A stretch of 64,000 nt of DNA from Marsupella aquatica (GCA_973895155.1 OZ316891.1:17139651-17203650); one strand, 5' to 3'; positions 1 to 13,696 are shown, numbered from the stretch's first letter. Program-made: numbers and translations. The notes: generated by a model from the letters alone, not told the origin.

Positions 1-175
1 CTAGTGATCGACCAGCCGGTAATGTAGATTATATTTGCGTTGAGGGCAGGTTTGGACTATCCTATCTCACTGGTAGGGCTGTCAAAGTTTTGAAGGACTT
101 TTCTCCAAGTCTCTTCAAATTCCAGATTTTATTCCTACAGATGAACCAGTTCAGATATGGGGTCGCCCTTGGATA

Positions 176-670
176 GTGAAGGCATCCTCTATTGGTCCTG
201 ATATAGGATATGGTCTTTTTGCTTTGGAGGATATTGTGATCCCTCCAAAGCCATGGAGACGTGGTTATGATGGAGAGCACCTCTTTCCTTACATTGGGGT
301 TGTATATAACTCCAAGAGTTGGAATATTTTGTTGTGTCAACACCCAAGTTGGGGGGTGTATGCATTGAGGATGGACTCAGACCTGGATGAGGTCTTCACT
401 AGGCCGTGGCATTGCCGGATGATTGATGGTGACCCTATTCGGAACGGTAATTTAGCAGGGTACATCAATAGTACCACAGGTAGAGATAGAGGTTTGGAGG
501 CTAATGTAGAGTGGATTCAAATGTTTGGTCCACCTAGACATCCATATTTTGTGAAACATATGGACGACCATATCATGACAGTAGCTGTTAGGACCATTAG
601 AGCTGGTGAGGAGTTATTGTGTGAGTATGAGTGGGATGCACCAAAATTGTCCTTGCGTTGTCGTCCATGA
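176..670 (+). CDS. SET-domain protein (putative lysine methyltransferase), probably the last exon or partial; lies directly upstream of the CACTA transposase
   Basis: SET motifs in order: GYGLFA (GxG), NLAGYINS (RFINH-like), ANVEW, AVRTIRAGEELLCEY (IxxGEELxxxY). Possible splice acceptor ctacag at ~140. Confidence 0.8.
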   Translation: MKASSIGPDIGYGLFALEDIVIPPKPWRRGYDGEHLFPYIGVVYNSKSWNILLCQHPSWGVYALRMDSDLDEVFTRPWHCRMIDGDPIRNGNLAGYINSTTGRDRGLEANVEWIQMFGPPRHPYFVKHMDDHIMTVAVRTIRAGEELLCEYEWDAPKLSLRCRP

Positions 671-835
671 TAGTTTCTTGGACTTACATACATGTATATA
701 TATATGTCAGTTTATTTTACATGTTTACATGAGAATGATGTTGTTCAGCAGTGCATGTGTTGATGAGATTAATTAATTGATGTTGTATGATAGAATCAAT
801 ATGTAACACCTGATATTGGGGTAATATCACGAGCT

Positions 836-3800
836 ATGCGACAACACCTTGTTGAGGCCATGGTGGCCAACCGTGGGCATGAACCGCAAAGGCAAGAGGA
901 TGGGGTACAACATGATGGTGATGATCCTATCCAAGACCATCTTGATGAGGAGAGGGCCATGGATGAGCTCATGGACCAATTCTATGATGATCACAATGAC
1001 ATTGGTTTGGAGGACATTGGTTCAACCCATGAAAGGACTAGTCATCCACATCCTTCTAGGGGGTCCCAAGACAAGCAATGGGAGGAGGCGCAACGTCATG
1101 TCCGTACTCACATATTCGAGGGGAGTAGGTTATCTCGGCTCTCATCAATAATGTTGTTGCTCAACTTGCAGCAAAGACATGGGGCAAGCAATCTACTTTT
1201 GGATGATGTTTTCCGTACCTTGCATGATCGTATTTTGCCAGTAGGCAACGCATTGCCAGCCTCTTGGAAAGAGGCTAAACAGGTGTTGAGGTCCATTGGC
1301 CTGAAGTATGAGGTGATACATGCATGTGTGGATGATTGCATTATTTTTAGGGGTGAGCATGAAAATGCCACTACATGTCCTAAATGTCAGAAGCCATGGT
1401 ACCGTGATGACATGTTGACGGGGAAGGTACCGCAAAAGGTTATGAGGTACTTTCCTCTTATCCCTCGATTGCGACATCAATTCCGATGTGTAGAGTTGGC
1501 TGAGATGATGGTATGGCACTCACAAAATTGTTCTAATATGGCTGTACCCTCTAGTGCCATGCGGATGATGGTTGACTCTCCTGCCAATTGATTTGTAGAG
1601 GATAGATGGGGAGAGTTCAAAATTGACCCACGACATGTTCGACTGGGCTTGGCAGCAGACGGTATCAGCCCTTTTGCATTGACAGGAAAAGCCAAACCAT
1701 ATTCGGTGTGGCCAGTAGTGTTGACAAACTACAACATCCCTCCTTGGATGGCCATGAAGAAAGGTCACCTACTACTCTCCATGATTATTCCGGGTCCTAA
1801 GCAAGTTAAAAAGATTGATGTGTACTTGCAGCCATTGATTGATGAGTTGATACAACTGTGGAGAGGAGTGGATTGTTATGATGGACGTCACAACACAGGA
1901 GGTTTATCTCGCGTATTTACTCTAAAGGCCATCCTTATGTGGACCATGCATGATTTACCAGGTTAGTATGGTAAACCCTTATTTCCTCTAGTACCTAAAC
2001 CTTGTATTTAAATTATGCAGATTTTTGCCTTGATGAACCTTATTTTATGAATGTGTTTTCTATGCACTGGGCAGGGTTTGGATATGTTTTTGGATTGCAA
2101 ACATCAGGCTATCGAGCTTGCTCTACATGTGGACCCAATTTGGAGGGGGTGGCCAGGCCCAAGTCAAGTACTCTGCAAAAAATTGTTTACATTGGTCATA
2201 CTAAATATCTTCCACCAGACCATCCTTGGAGGAGTGATCCATTCCTTTATGATACTGACGAGGGCCAACCTGATATTCGTCCCCAACCTCAGCGGAAGGA
2301 TCCAGCATATTGGAGAGAGGTATGGGGGAGAGTTCAGGATCCGAGTGATCCATTACCATTATTCAGATGTGGCATGACCCGTTTGACTGCATTGTCACAA
2401 TTGCCATATTGGTCAGATATGCCCATTAATCACTTGTTAGACCCTATGCACATTGAGGGGAATGTGGGGAAATCATTGATTCGCCATCTATATGGAGAGA
2501 AAAATAACAATTGGAGAGAAAGTTGTGAGTAGATGGGGATGCATGGTCTTTTGGGTTTTTGGCCATCTTTGGACCCCCTGGTGCTCCCCCTAGCATCCAT
2601 CCTCCTTGGGTTTTGACAAGGGCAGAGCGCATTGAGTTTCGCAGACGTATTGGGTTGATGAGGTTTCCCACAGGTTATGGTACCAATCTTCGGAAGGCAT
2701 TTGGGGGGGAGGATTCTCCAAAATGGCCATATTTCTTGAAGACACATGATTATCATTGGTTGTTTGAACATGTTCTTCCAGTTGCTATTATTGGATTGGG
2801 TAGTGAGGAACTTCGTGATGCCCTTTGGTCATTGGGTAAGCTCTTAAGATGGGTATGTCAAAAGGAGGTACAGGAGGATGACATTGTTGCTATGGAGATA
2901 TTTGGAGTAGAGGTTGTCTACAAGTTGGAGAAGGCACTCCCTCCCTCATTCTTTGATGGTCAGGTTCATTTCCTCATACATTTAGTGCGCGAGGTTGCAA
3001 TTGCAGGCCCAGTACATTGTCGATGGATGTATTCGGTAGAGCGTTATATGGGGGTGATGAAATCATATGTCTTTAATCACGCTAGGGTGGAAGGTAGCAT
3101 TGCGGAGCGTCATCTTGGAGCAGAGAGTATGTTTTACTGTACAAACATAGTTGCCACACTAGATCCTAGTGCTCCTAGGGGATGGATAGATGAGGCGGCA
3201 CGAGAGGCTGACTACGAGGATGATAGACTCACTGGGGCATCTGGAGAGCGTCTCATAGGCTCAGCAGAGCGTTTACAGCTCACAACATTTATGTTGTATA
3301 ACTCACCTGAGGTTGTAGGGGAGTGGACAACATTTTATGAGGAGGAGAAGCAAAACAGTCGACGCCCACGGTTATTTCCCAAGTTTCACCCATACATGAA
3401 GGAGAAGTTGTTAGAAGTGGATGCCCTGGTTGGTACCGGGGAGAGTGTATTACACTACCCAAACGTGACAGATAAACTTCGTACCTTGGTTCATGGTCCA
3501 CTACTTATAGTCACGACTCGGACTACCATGTGGTCAAAGGGGAGACATTTTCGTGTGGAACAACTTGATGAGAAGAGGGCAGCTACACAGGATTGTGGGG
3601 TGATGGGTTGGTTCACCCAAGATTCCCAGAGTAGCATGTCAGACATGAATCCCATTCGCTCCACCGTGGCCCATTATGGGAAGATTGAGGAGATCCTAAC
3701 AGTGAAGTACCATGCACATACTACTTTGGTGGAAGTGGTATTCAAGTGCAAATGGTTCAAGATGAATCTTGTAGGCCACAATCGTACTTGTGAAGATGAT

Positions 3801-4034
3801 GCATGCGGTTTTACTCGTTTGAAGACATTCCCAAATAGTGTCATCAGTTCCAATTGGAGGTCCTCAGATCCCTTTGCCTTCCCACATCACCTTGAGCAAT
3901 GCTTTTACCTACCCTATCCCAATGACCCCGAGTGGTCCATTGTCATGCCGTATATTCCCAGATCACGGTCCATAGTCCAAGAGAGACCCAACGTAGTTGT
4001 AGTGGAAGATAGAGACATACCCCCCACGAGTTAG
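836..4034 (+). pseudogene. CACTA/En-Spm TnpD-like transposase (Transposase_21 followed by DUF4218/DUF4216-like regions), interrupted by stops and an intron
   Basis: Motifs IHACVDDCIIF, CPKC, MRYFPLIPRL, LAADGISPF, SVWPV, YNIPPW, IIPGPKQ, DVYLQPLIDEL, WTMHDLPG, DPMHIEGNV, LKTHDYH, FFDGQVH, GPVHCRWMYSVER, VFKCKWF across ORFs 836-1591, 1649-1966, 2002-2532 and 2559-4034. Confidence 0.92.
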
Positions 4035-4239
4035 TATAAATTGTAGACCCCACCATCTTCATGTATATTTTTACCGGCACTATCTTTTTATCGTCATTCT
4101 ACGATTTTTCTCATTGTCCACAATTTCATGCAGTATACATATCTATTGCTTAAAGTATGCCCCATATCTGAATCCATTAATTCCATGCAACCTATACATT
4201 GTAAAACACTAAAGTCCCATACCATATCCCATTCAAATA

Positions 4240-4765
4240 ACATCGGAAACATATCGGACACACATCAGTACTGCCAAAGCAAAAAACCCCTTCCCATCCT
4301 CAAAGTATCGGATTTTCCGATACTATAACAATCGGAAGCCACTATCCAATACTCCACAAATTGGACGCTTAAGCCCGTAGCCGAGGAGGGGTCCGATAGA
4401 AATTTCAACAGATAGTAACCGATACCTCAGCCTTCACAAATTATTTCCGTTGTAACTAGTATTGCAAACATATGTCCGATAAGACTTGTATCGGTAAATG
4501 TTCAAAATCAAATCTATCGGAATTAGCTTTTGATACTATTATTATCGGACGTCTGAAAAACATGTCGGCTCTCAATTTGTGATACAGGATGTTTCGGACA
4601 TTGTCCGATATGTGGGGTATTGGATAAAGTTTTTGATACAAAACATATCGGATAATAATGTCCGATGTTGGTAGTATAGGAAGTTTCGTAGCTGGGAGTA
4701 TCGGACGTTTTCCGTTGTGTTTAGTATCGGGCGCGTTGAGAAACGTGTGTGTTTGAGTATCAGAA
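4240..4765. repeat. CACTA subterminal repeat array (TATCGGA/TCCGATA motif in both orientations)
   Basis: More than a dozen copies of (G/A)TATCGG(A/T) or TCCGATA between the TnpD stop and the TAGTG terminus. Confidence 0.8.
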
Positions 4766-4949
4766 AAGTCCCTAAAATGTACTAGTGACACGAGCCTCGT
4801 GTTGAGGGATACTGATGTGCATGTCTTATCCTGGCAAACCAGGTCAAAACCTATCGTCGTTGCTTTTTTCCTACCGGTGAATAATTCCTGTCTTGTGTCC
4901 ACACGACAGTCGTGTCAAAGTTACTGTCAACCTCAAATCGGTCTAGAAT

Positions 4950-7900
4950 ATGTTTTCCCCTTGGGATTGTGTTCATCTCTTCTTGAACGATGAACCAGTT
5001 GCGGGTGGGACAGTTTTCAGCATTACTCCCTTGGACTCTTGCCACAACATTCTGATTGGGGACCATAGAATCAGTGTTTCTGTTGAGGATGCATTCTTCC
5101 ACCTTGTTGAGTTACCTTATCCAAACGCAGGGGCGGACCTGGTGGGTGAAAGCTTAAATTCAGTAATTCTATGGGATCGGTCCAGCGTGAGCTTGCGGAA
5201 AGCAAATTTCCAGTTTGTGGGCCCAGTTTATCCAAGTGACAACCAAGAGGATTGTCCTCTGGAGTGGGAAGCAGGTTTTGGGGAGCAAGATGCCACGGGA
5301 GACACTGTCCATAGTCAGGACAGTGTTCTCATTAGTGAGGCTTGAGCAATCAAAGTAGGTGGTTCAAGAAGTTTGCTTTGCTTTATGGAGACGATGATGA
5401 GACACTAGGCTCGAGGGTGTATCACCAATCCTCACCCTCAAGCATTGATTAACAATGAGAGAGTTGGAGATGATCATGTCGGGATAAATATTCTCACACT
5501 GGCTGCAGACAGTAACATCTCAAAGATGAGGTTCCCTTATTTTGTTGAGGGAACGCCTTGCACAATCAAATGGCCTTTGCGGAGAACTTGGATCGAGCCT
5601 GGAATGCAATTGTTAAGCGATCTATTGGATCAAAACAAATTCCTCAATCCCAAGCGAGAAATTGTATCATATATTAAACCAAAGCAAGGCTATAATAATC
5701 AACGTCGCAACCCGCAGGATCCTAAGGACAAGGAAAGGAAGAAGATTCATAGAAGGCGTAACAGAAAGAAGACTCGGGAATCCATTGATGCTATCTTCCA
5801 GGTTGAGTGTTGTACAAAGAATTGTTGTAGGAGGCAACAGTGGGTCAATCAGATTAGAGATGAATTTTATGGTCTCTCTCACGCCGATCAATAGACGTAC
5901 ATTTTGACCCATCTACACGGGAGGGATACGGAAACTATCGAGGATGGGATGATTATTTTTTGTGGGACTTGTGTCTGTAAAGAAGGGTTTTGGACCATCC
6001 ATGGTTTCTTGAGAGGAACCTTCTATTCAATCTATAGTCACTATAGGAAGGGGGCAAAGGTTGGCGTTCATGGCAACCAAGGATCAATGAAAACAAAAGA
6101 CTACATCACGCTGTTCGTGGAGTCTATTCGAAGTGTATTCCATAAATGTGCAGAGCCTATGCCTCATCTCCATAAAATTGGAGAGTTTGGTAAGCAAGAG
6201 GTTGTGTATAGGGTTCCCATAAGCTACAAGAGGAAAGATGTTTATGAAGAGGCTTGCAATCTTAACAAGAATCTTGGAGCTTCTTCTCCTGTCATTGCTA
6301 CGTTCTACAAGATACTGGAGAAAAAGTTTCCCAATTTTCAGTTTCCGGATCGAAGCAATTTCGCAAAATGCGATCTTTGTACTACAATCAAAGAGACTCT
6401 TTGAGGCGAGAAGAAACAAGATGTTGTTCTTGAAATCAAGGAAATCAAGGCCAAAAGAGAATGTCACATGCTGGAACAACAGTCCCAGAGAAGCATGTAT
6501 TATGCCGCCAAACTGGCAGCAGATCAAGAGCTAGAGAAGTATTTTTCGGTGATTCGTGACAAAATGGATCAAGCCAAAACAAGAATACCAAAAATGACTT
6601 CCACTCTTAAAAGTCAAGAGGGTAAATCAATTTCGTTACCGATGACGTTGGCTGGAATGCTCACGCATGGACGGGATCCCGGAATCTATGCCCATTTTGC
6701 ACTTGGTGGATTGTGGGCGAGTGATCCTGATTTCGCTGTGTCATCTCTTTCAAAGTTGTTCAGGGATCTTGAGTCATTTTTTGGGGATAAGATTGGAGAC
6801 TTATCGCTGAAGAGCACAGACGTGTCTGATCCTATTTTTGTTGCGCTTTTAGATCGTTGGGCTTTTGAGATTGGCTATCTGGAAAGGAAGAATGTGGATT
6901 TTGACCATTTTAAAGGACTTGAGAATGAGGCTCCGCGGAAGCCTCGCATGGAACCCTCGTCCTCAGATTCCTTTCAACCACTTTCACGACATTTGCACCT
7001 CCAACTTGACAATTCAGGGAAGGACAATAAGAATCAAACCGTGATTGCATATTGTAGTGAGCTTGTTCTTCAAGGAGTGTTTGAGTCCGTTACACTCTCC
7101 TTCTTGATGGTTGGTCATACTCATGAGGACGTTGATCATTCTTTTCACGAGTAGGAATTTGGATTTATAATCGTGAGTTAACAACTTTCTTTAGTTTGAT
7201 GGTTGAAGTTTGGGAGTGTGAGAAGAAGCATCCAGTCCCAAGATTCATCCGGGAGGTTGCCGGATACAAAGCTTATGTTTCTTCTTATGTGAAGAAGATC
7301 CAAGGTTAGACGGTCCCTGTGCAATTCTTGTTTTCAATGAAAGAAAATACACCTGTTTATCAATATTGGGAGAAAATTGATTCACCGTGGCTACCAGCAA
7401 AAGGTCACACCATTTGGAAAACTACTGGAAAGGATCTCTGTTTCCCTCTGGAAATCCTCTTTCAAAACAAATGGAGTTGACTCATAAGCGAGCGAGTGAC
7501 ATTCTTGAATACCTCATTCATTACGTTTCATGGCTAAAAGCCGTCTGGAAAGATGTCACATCAGAGGGATATCGTTTTCGATCCCCGGAAATTGAGTATT
7601 GGGAAAATGTCATCAGGGTTTTTGAAGGTTCCCTATGCTCTGCGCCTAATCTAGAGAGGGACTATCAGCTACTCGATGGGTTTTGGCCAAGAACTAACCA
7701 TGGAACCAAAGATCGAGCTGAGGTTGGGATTTTTGAGAATAACATTGGCTCTGTCAACGATGTCGTGGGCAGCCTTGAACGTGAACTTCAGGATGATCAA
7801 TATGAGAGACAGACAATATTTGTCGGCCACCGCTCAGAGCAAGAAAGGTCAAGATTCTCCCCACTTGAGGATATTAAAAAGGATATGTTTGTTATTCTTT

Positions 7901-8250
7901 GTCCAACAGATGAATTCGAACAAAAAGTTCCCCTTTGATTCTGGCTAGGAAGAGCCATGGATTGCATTGTGCAGGTTCCGGATGATGCTCATGCTGGGGA
8001 GTTTGAGGTGGAACGGTGGAGATCTGTCCATAAAAAATTATCTATCCCAGACTCTGAACAATATCGGGATTGTTTCAATTCTAAATAGTCCTCGGAAGTT
8101 GATCCAAATTACCAAAGTCCTACAATCCAACACGACTGGCTCCTTGCAACGTCTACAATCAATGGCTGGAATTCAAAGGCAAAGGGTAAAGTGAAAGTTC
8201 CAGTTCATGTTCTTGAAAGCATGAATGCATACATTTCCAAGAACTTTTGA
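4950..8250 (+). pseudogene. Sola-like DDD transposase remnant with N-terminal Tnp1/En-Spm-C-like domain(s)
   Basis: FAKCDLC, then DKMDQAKT, HLQLDNSGKDNKN and FLMVGHTHEDVD (typical D..DN..NKN..GHTHxxxD triad); many in-frame stops. 4950-5345 resembles the Tnp1 C-terminal domain (VAGG..LPYP..VGESLNSVILW). Confidence 0.65.
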
Positions 8251-9858
8251 ACGGAGTGTTTGTTTCTGTAGGAGGCTTGCAAAGGGCCTCCTCTTTTTGC
8301 CTTACCAAGGAAGGTTTAGGTAGACGGTTTGGATCTGCACGAGGGTTGCGTAGAGTGGCCTCGCTCTGGTCTCTAGGCTAGGGTCTACTAAAAGCAACAT
8401 GGCCGTAGACCTGAGATTTGCATGCTTTGGCCGTTTCTTGGTCTTGTCCAAATAGGGAACTCCTCACTCTCTTTTCCCATTCTGTGGTTTTTGATTCACT
8501 TTCAATCTGCTGTTGATGCTAGTTTCTGTCGTCATTTGATTTGTGTTAGGTTTCATATTTCTTAATCTAATTTTGAGAGGATCTTGTGAGTTCTCTCGAT
8601 GAATCCACCAGTGACGTCCAAGGACCTAACCGTGACCAACAACTCAATAGAGGTTTCCCTGCCTCATAGCTCAAAGAAGGGGAACGCCCCAAGGAGGTCA
8701 TTCAAGATTTACACGCCTGCGGATGGGTTTGACCGTAATTGCAATTTTGACAAAGAAGGATCTTTTTTAAGAGAGTGTACTCAATGTAAAAGGTTTTTCT
8801 GGTCAGAACTTGATGGAGATACATGTGGCTTTCCCGCTTGCAAGACACCAGGAGAATAAAAAATTAACAATTCAAAGATTAGCCCTGGAGGAAATTATGT
8901 GCCGCCTATGGTGGGGCAAGAGGCATCGAGTGCGAGGAAAGCTGGAAAGATGCCCAGGGAGACTGAGAACAAAAGACGCATGAAGGAAAACGTCAATGTG
9001 TACTATGGGAAGGGGAAGAAGCAGCGGCGGGCTCCAATGGACCCTTGAGCTTGGGCAAAGGAAGCATTCATTGACTGCCGCAAATCCACTCTGGACTCAG
9101 ATGAGTGGATGCCATCTTCTTGGAACGATTAAGATTTGAAGCCATTTGGAAGAGTCTTAAGTTTTTGAAGCATTTTGAGGATAACGCGAGTCTTGCATAG
9201 ATATTCGGTGCCAGAAAATTTAGATTGTGTTCGCTCACATTTATTTCTGCTTTAAGTTGGTAAAGGAGATTTCCTTATCTGAAAGGTGTTTAGGAACCTG
9301 GATGTTGGTTGGAGGAATGCCTCTTGCAATGTGAGATTGTAGATCATTTATTTTACCCAAATCTCTTTCTGCGCTAGTCTCGCATAGAGCGTTGAGGTCC
9401 TTCTGTTCCTCTACGACTGTCTTACCCGCATCTCGTTGCCAGCTTCCTTGGGTAGTTTGGGTGGAGTCATCTTCCCAACAGATTTTCCTTGAAAGGGGGG
9501 TTTTTATAAAATAAAATAAGCCGCAAAAACCCCATGGCGGGGGGGGAGCAAACAGGGAATGTTCCATCATAGACAGAATATTATATACACATCCCGGTAG
9601 GGGTGGTTGTCAAAATCTATGGTCCCAAAGAACCGCCTCATCAATCCTATATACAGTGCCATTCCAAGCATAAGGAGCAATCTTCCTGATGCTCAATCTC
9701 CCTTGTGCTATTACCAGCATAATCTTCTGAACTTTGTTCTAAACCTGGTCCCTATGTCTCTGAGAGTGAACAATCCTAAAGTCATTTCTATAGTTTAATC
9801 TCATCCGTTCTGCGTTCAGCCAATCCCTCGCTCTTTGCAGTCTGTCATACTTCCTACT

Positions 9859-12800
9859 CTACGGGAAACGTTTGTTGACTGCAAACAGGTTGGAAACAGT
9901 TTTTGAAAGCACAAGTTTAAAATCAAAAGCACGTTTATTCAGTTTTTTGAAAACCTGTTCATTCCGTGCTAGCCATAGAGCCCATAGTAGCTGATACGTT
10001 AGAAATAGTCTAGCAGTGTGGGTATGTGCCCATCTGACGGAAGCCTCCAGTAGATCCAGCAGACCATGTCCATAACTGAACAAAAAGCCCTGTCCCACTT
10101 CAAGCCCAAATCTCCAGCATGTGGACGCAAAATAATGGACAGTGAAAGAAAAGGTGGGGGATCGTCTCCAGGTGTTCCAAGCAAAAGGAGCAGATCCCTG
10201 GGTCCGCCCCGATGGTAAGAGCTTGGGAGCCCGTGAAGAGACCTCCCACAATAATTCTCCAGATGAAGGTTTTAGCCCTTGTAGAAAGATCAGATCGCCA
10301 TAGATTTGCCTAGCATTTCATCCATTGTGTCTTCGTGTACTCTGAGCCCCATATCCTGTTCCATCTCTGATAATCAGCCCCTTTTGGCCTCAGCATCTGG
10401 TAAATGCGATGATTGGGTATTTTAAAATACGTTGAAGACCTCTGATCATCAGCCCAGCGCCACATTCTCGCACCTGGTTTGTATCCCCAGTCACAGTTGG
10501 CTTGGTCCCGTATCTTTTGAAGAAAGAGCCTGCTGCGGTCCCGGTAGGCCAGGTCAAACCCACGTAGTCTGTGCCACCTTTCTGTTAACGGTCTCCAGGA
10601 GTGAGTTGCCTCATCCCACAGGTCCATCATAGCCTTAATTCCGAGCTTCCCAAGTAGCTCCGTAGTAATTTCCAAATGGTCCTGCGACCAGGACTGGAAA
10701 CCCACTGTACAGCGGAGAGCATCCCCTATGCTCCAATGACCGGGAAATCCAACAGCCCCAGGGACAAAACATAGATGCACCCGCAGAGAGACCCAGGGCC
10801 TTCCATAGGCCACCCGAGTAGGGCATCCCTCCGCCGTTGCGCAGAGAGCACAAAAGTAACTTGTCTTTGACTGTGTAACCGTTCCTTCTAATCGTTCAAA
10901 AATTCTGCCAGCCCACCAGATTTAGATTCGCCAAAAAGAGACAAGCCCATTCCAAGGCCGAGGAGTCAAGAGCTTTTGTGATCCACTGGGTTAATAGCAC
11001 CTCTAAGTGGCATCTGAAGTCACGAAATCCAAGTCCCCCTTCCACCTTGGGTCACGCCACCAGGGGGAGCTTCTTCTGCTCAGTGCCGAGAAATCCCTAC
11101 ACAAAGCAATCATCTTCCTCTCTAGTTCATTGGAGGCTTTCATAAACATCACATGGTATATAGGGATTGCAAGCAGCACATGTTTGATGAGCAGTGTTCT
11201 GCCAGTAAATGAAAGCATCTTGCTCGACCATGAAGCTAGTCGAGAGGCAATTTTATCTAAACAGAAGCTATGGATATGCTCCATCTGCAGTCCAATACCA
11301 AAAGGGGCACCGAGGTATTTGAGTACTTCTCCTTCTCTACTTATCTTACATCCCGTTTCCACGAGCCAGGCTGGTATTTCCTTCAGAGCCAATGGGACAA
11401 TATTCAATTTGTGCAGATTCAACTTGGCCCTCGAGGCGTTCTCGTAGCAACTGAGAGTCACAATGGTGTCTGCAAAACTCCTTGGATCCGCCAGGATAAA
11501 CATGCCTACATCGTCCGCAAAGAGCCTATAACAAACTGTCATCCACTCAGAAATTTTAATACCAGTAAGTCTATGTCCAGCCAGCTCTGCATCCAGGAAA
11601 TCCATGAGAGGCTGGGTCGAGATTACAAAAAGAAGTGGGAGAGAGGACATCCTTGTCAAACTCCCCGCCTGAGCTCAATAGCCCTGGTCAGCCTCCCGTT
11701 GACGTAAACCTGGGAAGAAGCATTAGTCAATAGAGCCTGCACCAGCTTGGTGAACCATCCACTGAGCCCCATGAGTCTCATAGTTTCCCACAGGTACTCG
11801 TGGTCTTGAACTCTATCGAAGGCTTTCTCAAAATCTAATTTGAGAAAGAGAGTCTCCACCTGCCGTTTGTTCACCCATTCTTGTATCAGCCATGCAAGCG
11901 AGATGTTTTCAAGTATGTTTCTACTCGGGATGAAGCCAGTTTGTTGAGTGCTAATGAATCGGGGTAGAAGTTTTTTGATCCTTAAAGCCACAATCTTTGC
12001 CAAAATCTTGTAAGCCGTGTTCAGCATAGTTAAGGGTCTCCAGTCCTTGAGAAAGCGCTTGTCCGCTTTTTTAGGAATGAATTTGATCAAACCATCTTTA
12101 ATCTCTGCCGCCACTTTCCCTGTTAACCAAAAGTCATGTATCATGCTCATGAAATCCGCCTTCATAAAATGCCAGCAGCATTTGTATACCTCTGCTGTTA
12201 ATCCATCAATTCCGGGGGACTTATCCAAAGGGAGATGTCCAATCACATCCTCTACTTCCTTCAGAGTAGGGAGCGCCTCCATATGCGTGAGTTCACCAGC
12301 TGTAAATGTGTCCCTTGTATTCTTCAGAAGTCTGTCTTTGTCCCTACAAATTATAAGCCATTTTTCCGGTGAGGGGGGAGCGGGAGCATAGAGCTCCGTG
12401 CAGAACCACTCCACTTCTTCCAGTATCTCCTGCCCGTCTGTCACCGTTGTACCCTCCTCCCTTTCTAGGACCCTCATAGCTTCTCGTTCTTGTTTGGCCT
12501 TGATGGTTGCAAAAAAGAACTTAGTAGATTCCTCCCCCTCGCCCAACCATTTTACTCTCGCCATTTTCCTACATTGGTAAGCTTCTTCAAATTCGGTTGC
12601 ATGTAGCTTGTCTTCTAACAGGAAAAGATCGAGAACGTCTGCCTCAGAGTAGTCCTCTGCTATCGTGCTTTTTAAAGCCCTGACTTCCTCCCTTAGTAAG
12701 TGCATCTCTTCCGCTGCTTGTCGTGGAGTAGCCTATATCTCCATATATTGTTTCCTCAGGCTTTTGCTTGCTCTGGAGACTCGTAGGTGCGGGTCCCACT

Positions 12801-13659
12801 CCTCAGCTCCACCTGTCCGCCATGCTGCCTCTAGCAGCTTAAGGTTCGCTTCTGAACGTAGAATAGACGAATTTGCTTTAAAGAATCGTACTCTACCTCT
12901 TTCATCTTCCTTCTACGCCTATTGTAAACAGAATACGGCTATGACAGGGTCGTAGTCCGAAAGGGCAGTACCCCCTTTGTGCGTAATCAATACTATACCC
13001 TCCACCCACCAGCCCTTATTGCTAATGTAGAATCGGTCGAGTCTTGATTGTGTCAAAGAATTGTTGCGCTGCCTTCTCCAAGTATACCATGACCCTATTA
13101 TGCCTCGGCTGAGCTCTTTGGCATCGATCAGATCCAGCCTGACCTTTAGGAATCTCCAATACTCCGCTTCTTGCCCTTTCAGTAAAGAAGCGCCTCCAGA
13201 TGAATCCGTCCGGGATTCCGTCATATTGAAATCGCCACAAAGAATCCAGTTGGCTTGTGGCAGCTCCAGTTTTAGATCATGCCATAGCAGAGCTCTCAAT
13301 CTTGGAGAGTTAGGAGCGTAAATGCTTACCACCCCCAACATGTAGGAAGGCATCTCAATTGTTACCCATGCTGCTTTCCCCAACGCAAGTTTTCCCGATG
13401 TTATGATCCGTAGTGAGGGATGAATCAGTAAGGCTGTTCCGCCACGTCCTTCATCCGGTTTTGCCGAAAAATACTGGTATGACGGTAGGATTGTCCGAAG
13501 TGCAATGTCAAGTCTAAATTGGTCTACTTTGACATCTTGTAATGCTAGAATCCAAAGTGAGTCTTTCAAAGAGCTCACCCAGTTTTGTACTACATATTTC
13601 CTGTTGGGTTCCCCGAGCCCACAAACATTCCACGAGGCAATTGTTAGTGTGTTATCCAT
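9859..13659 (-). pseudogene. LINE ORF2: APE endonuclease, reverse transcriptase, zf-RVT-like C-terminus
   Basis: IASWNVCGL, ALQD, SIYAPN, CGDFN, SRLDRFY, SDYDPV; KSPGIDG, DWRPLTM, QTGFIP, KLDFEKAFDRV, LFADD, KYLGAP; several frameshifts and stops. Confidence 0.93.
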
Positions 13660-13696
13660 TCGTGTAAAACTGAAAGCCTGTGATCTTTCTGCCAGA

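Larger units (their letters stand above)
1..4787 (+). mobile_element. Right portion of a CACTA DNA transposon; terminus ...ACTAGTG at 4787
   Basis: TAGTG (reverse complement of CACTA) at 4783-4787 follows a dense subterminal repeat array and the TnpD gene; the left end is outside the window. Confidence 0.8.

Noticed and set aside
1-6. CTAGTG at the window start as another CACTA terminus
   Set aside because: No context is available and no subterminal repeats follow it.
9241-9570. 109-aa minus-strand ORF as a gene
   Set aside because: It is a chimera of the LINE 3' end and the target sequence; the target frame has no recognisable family.
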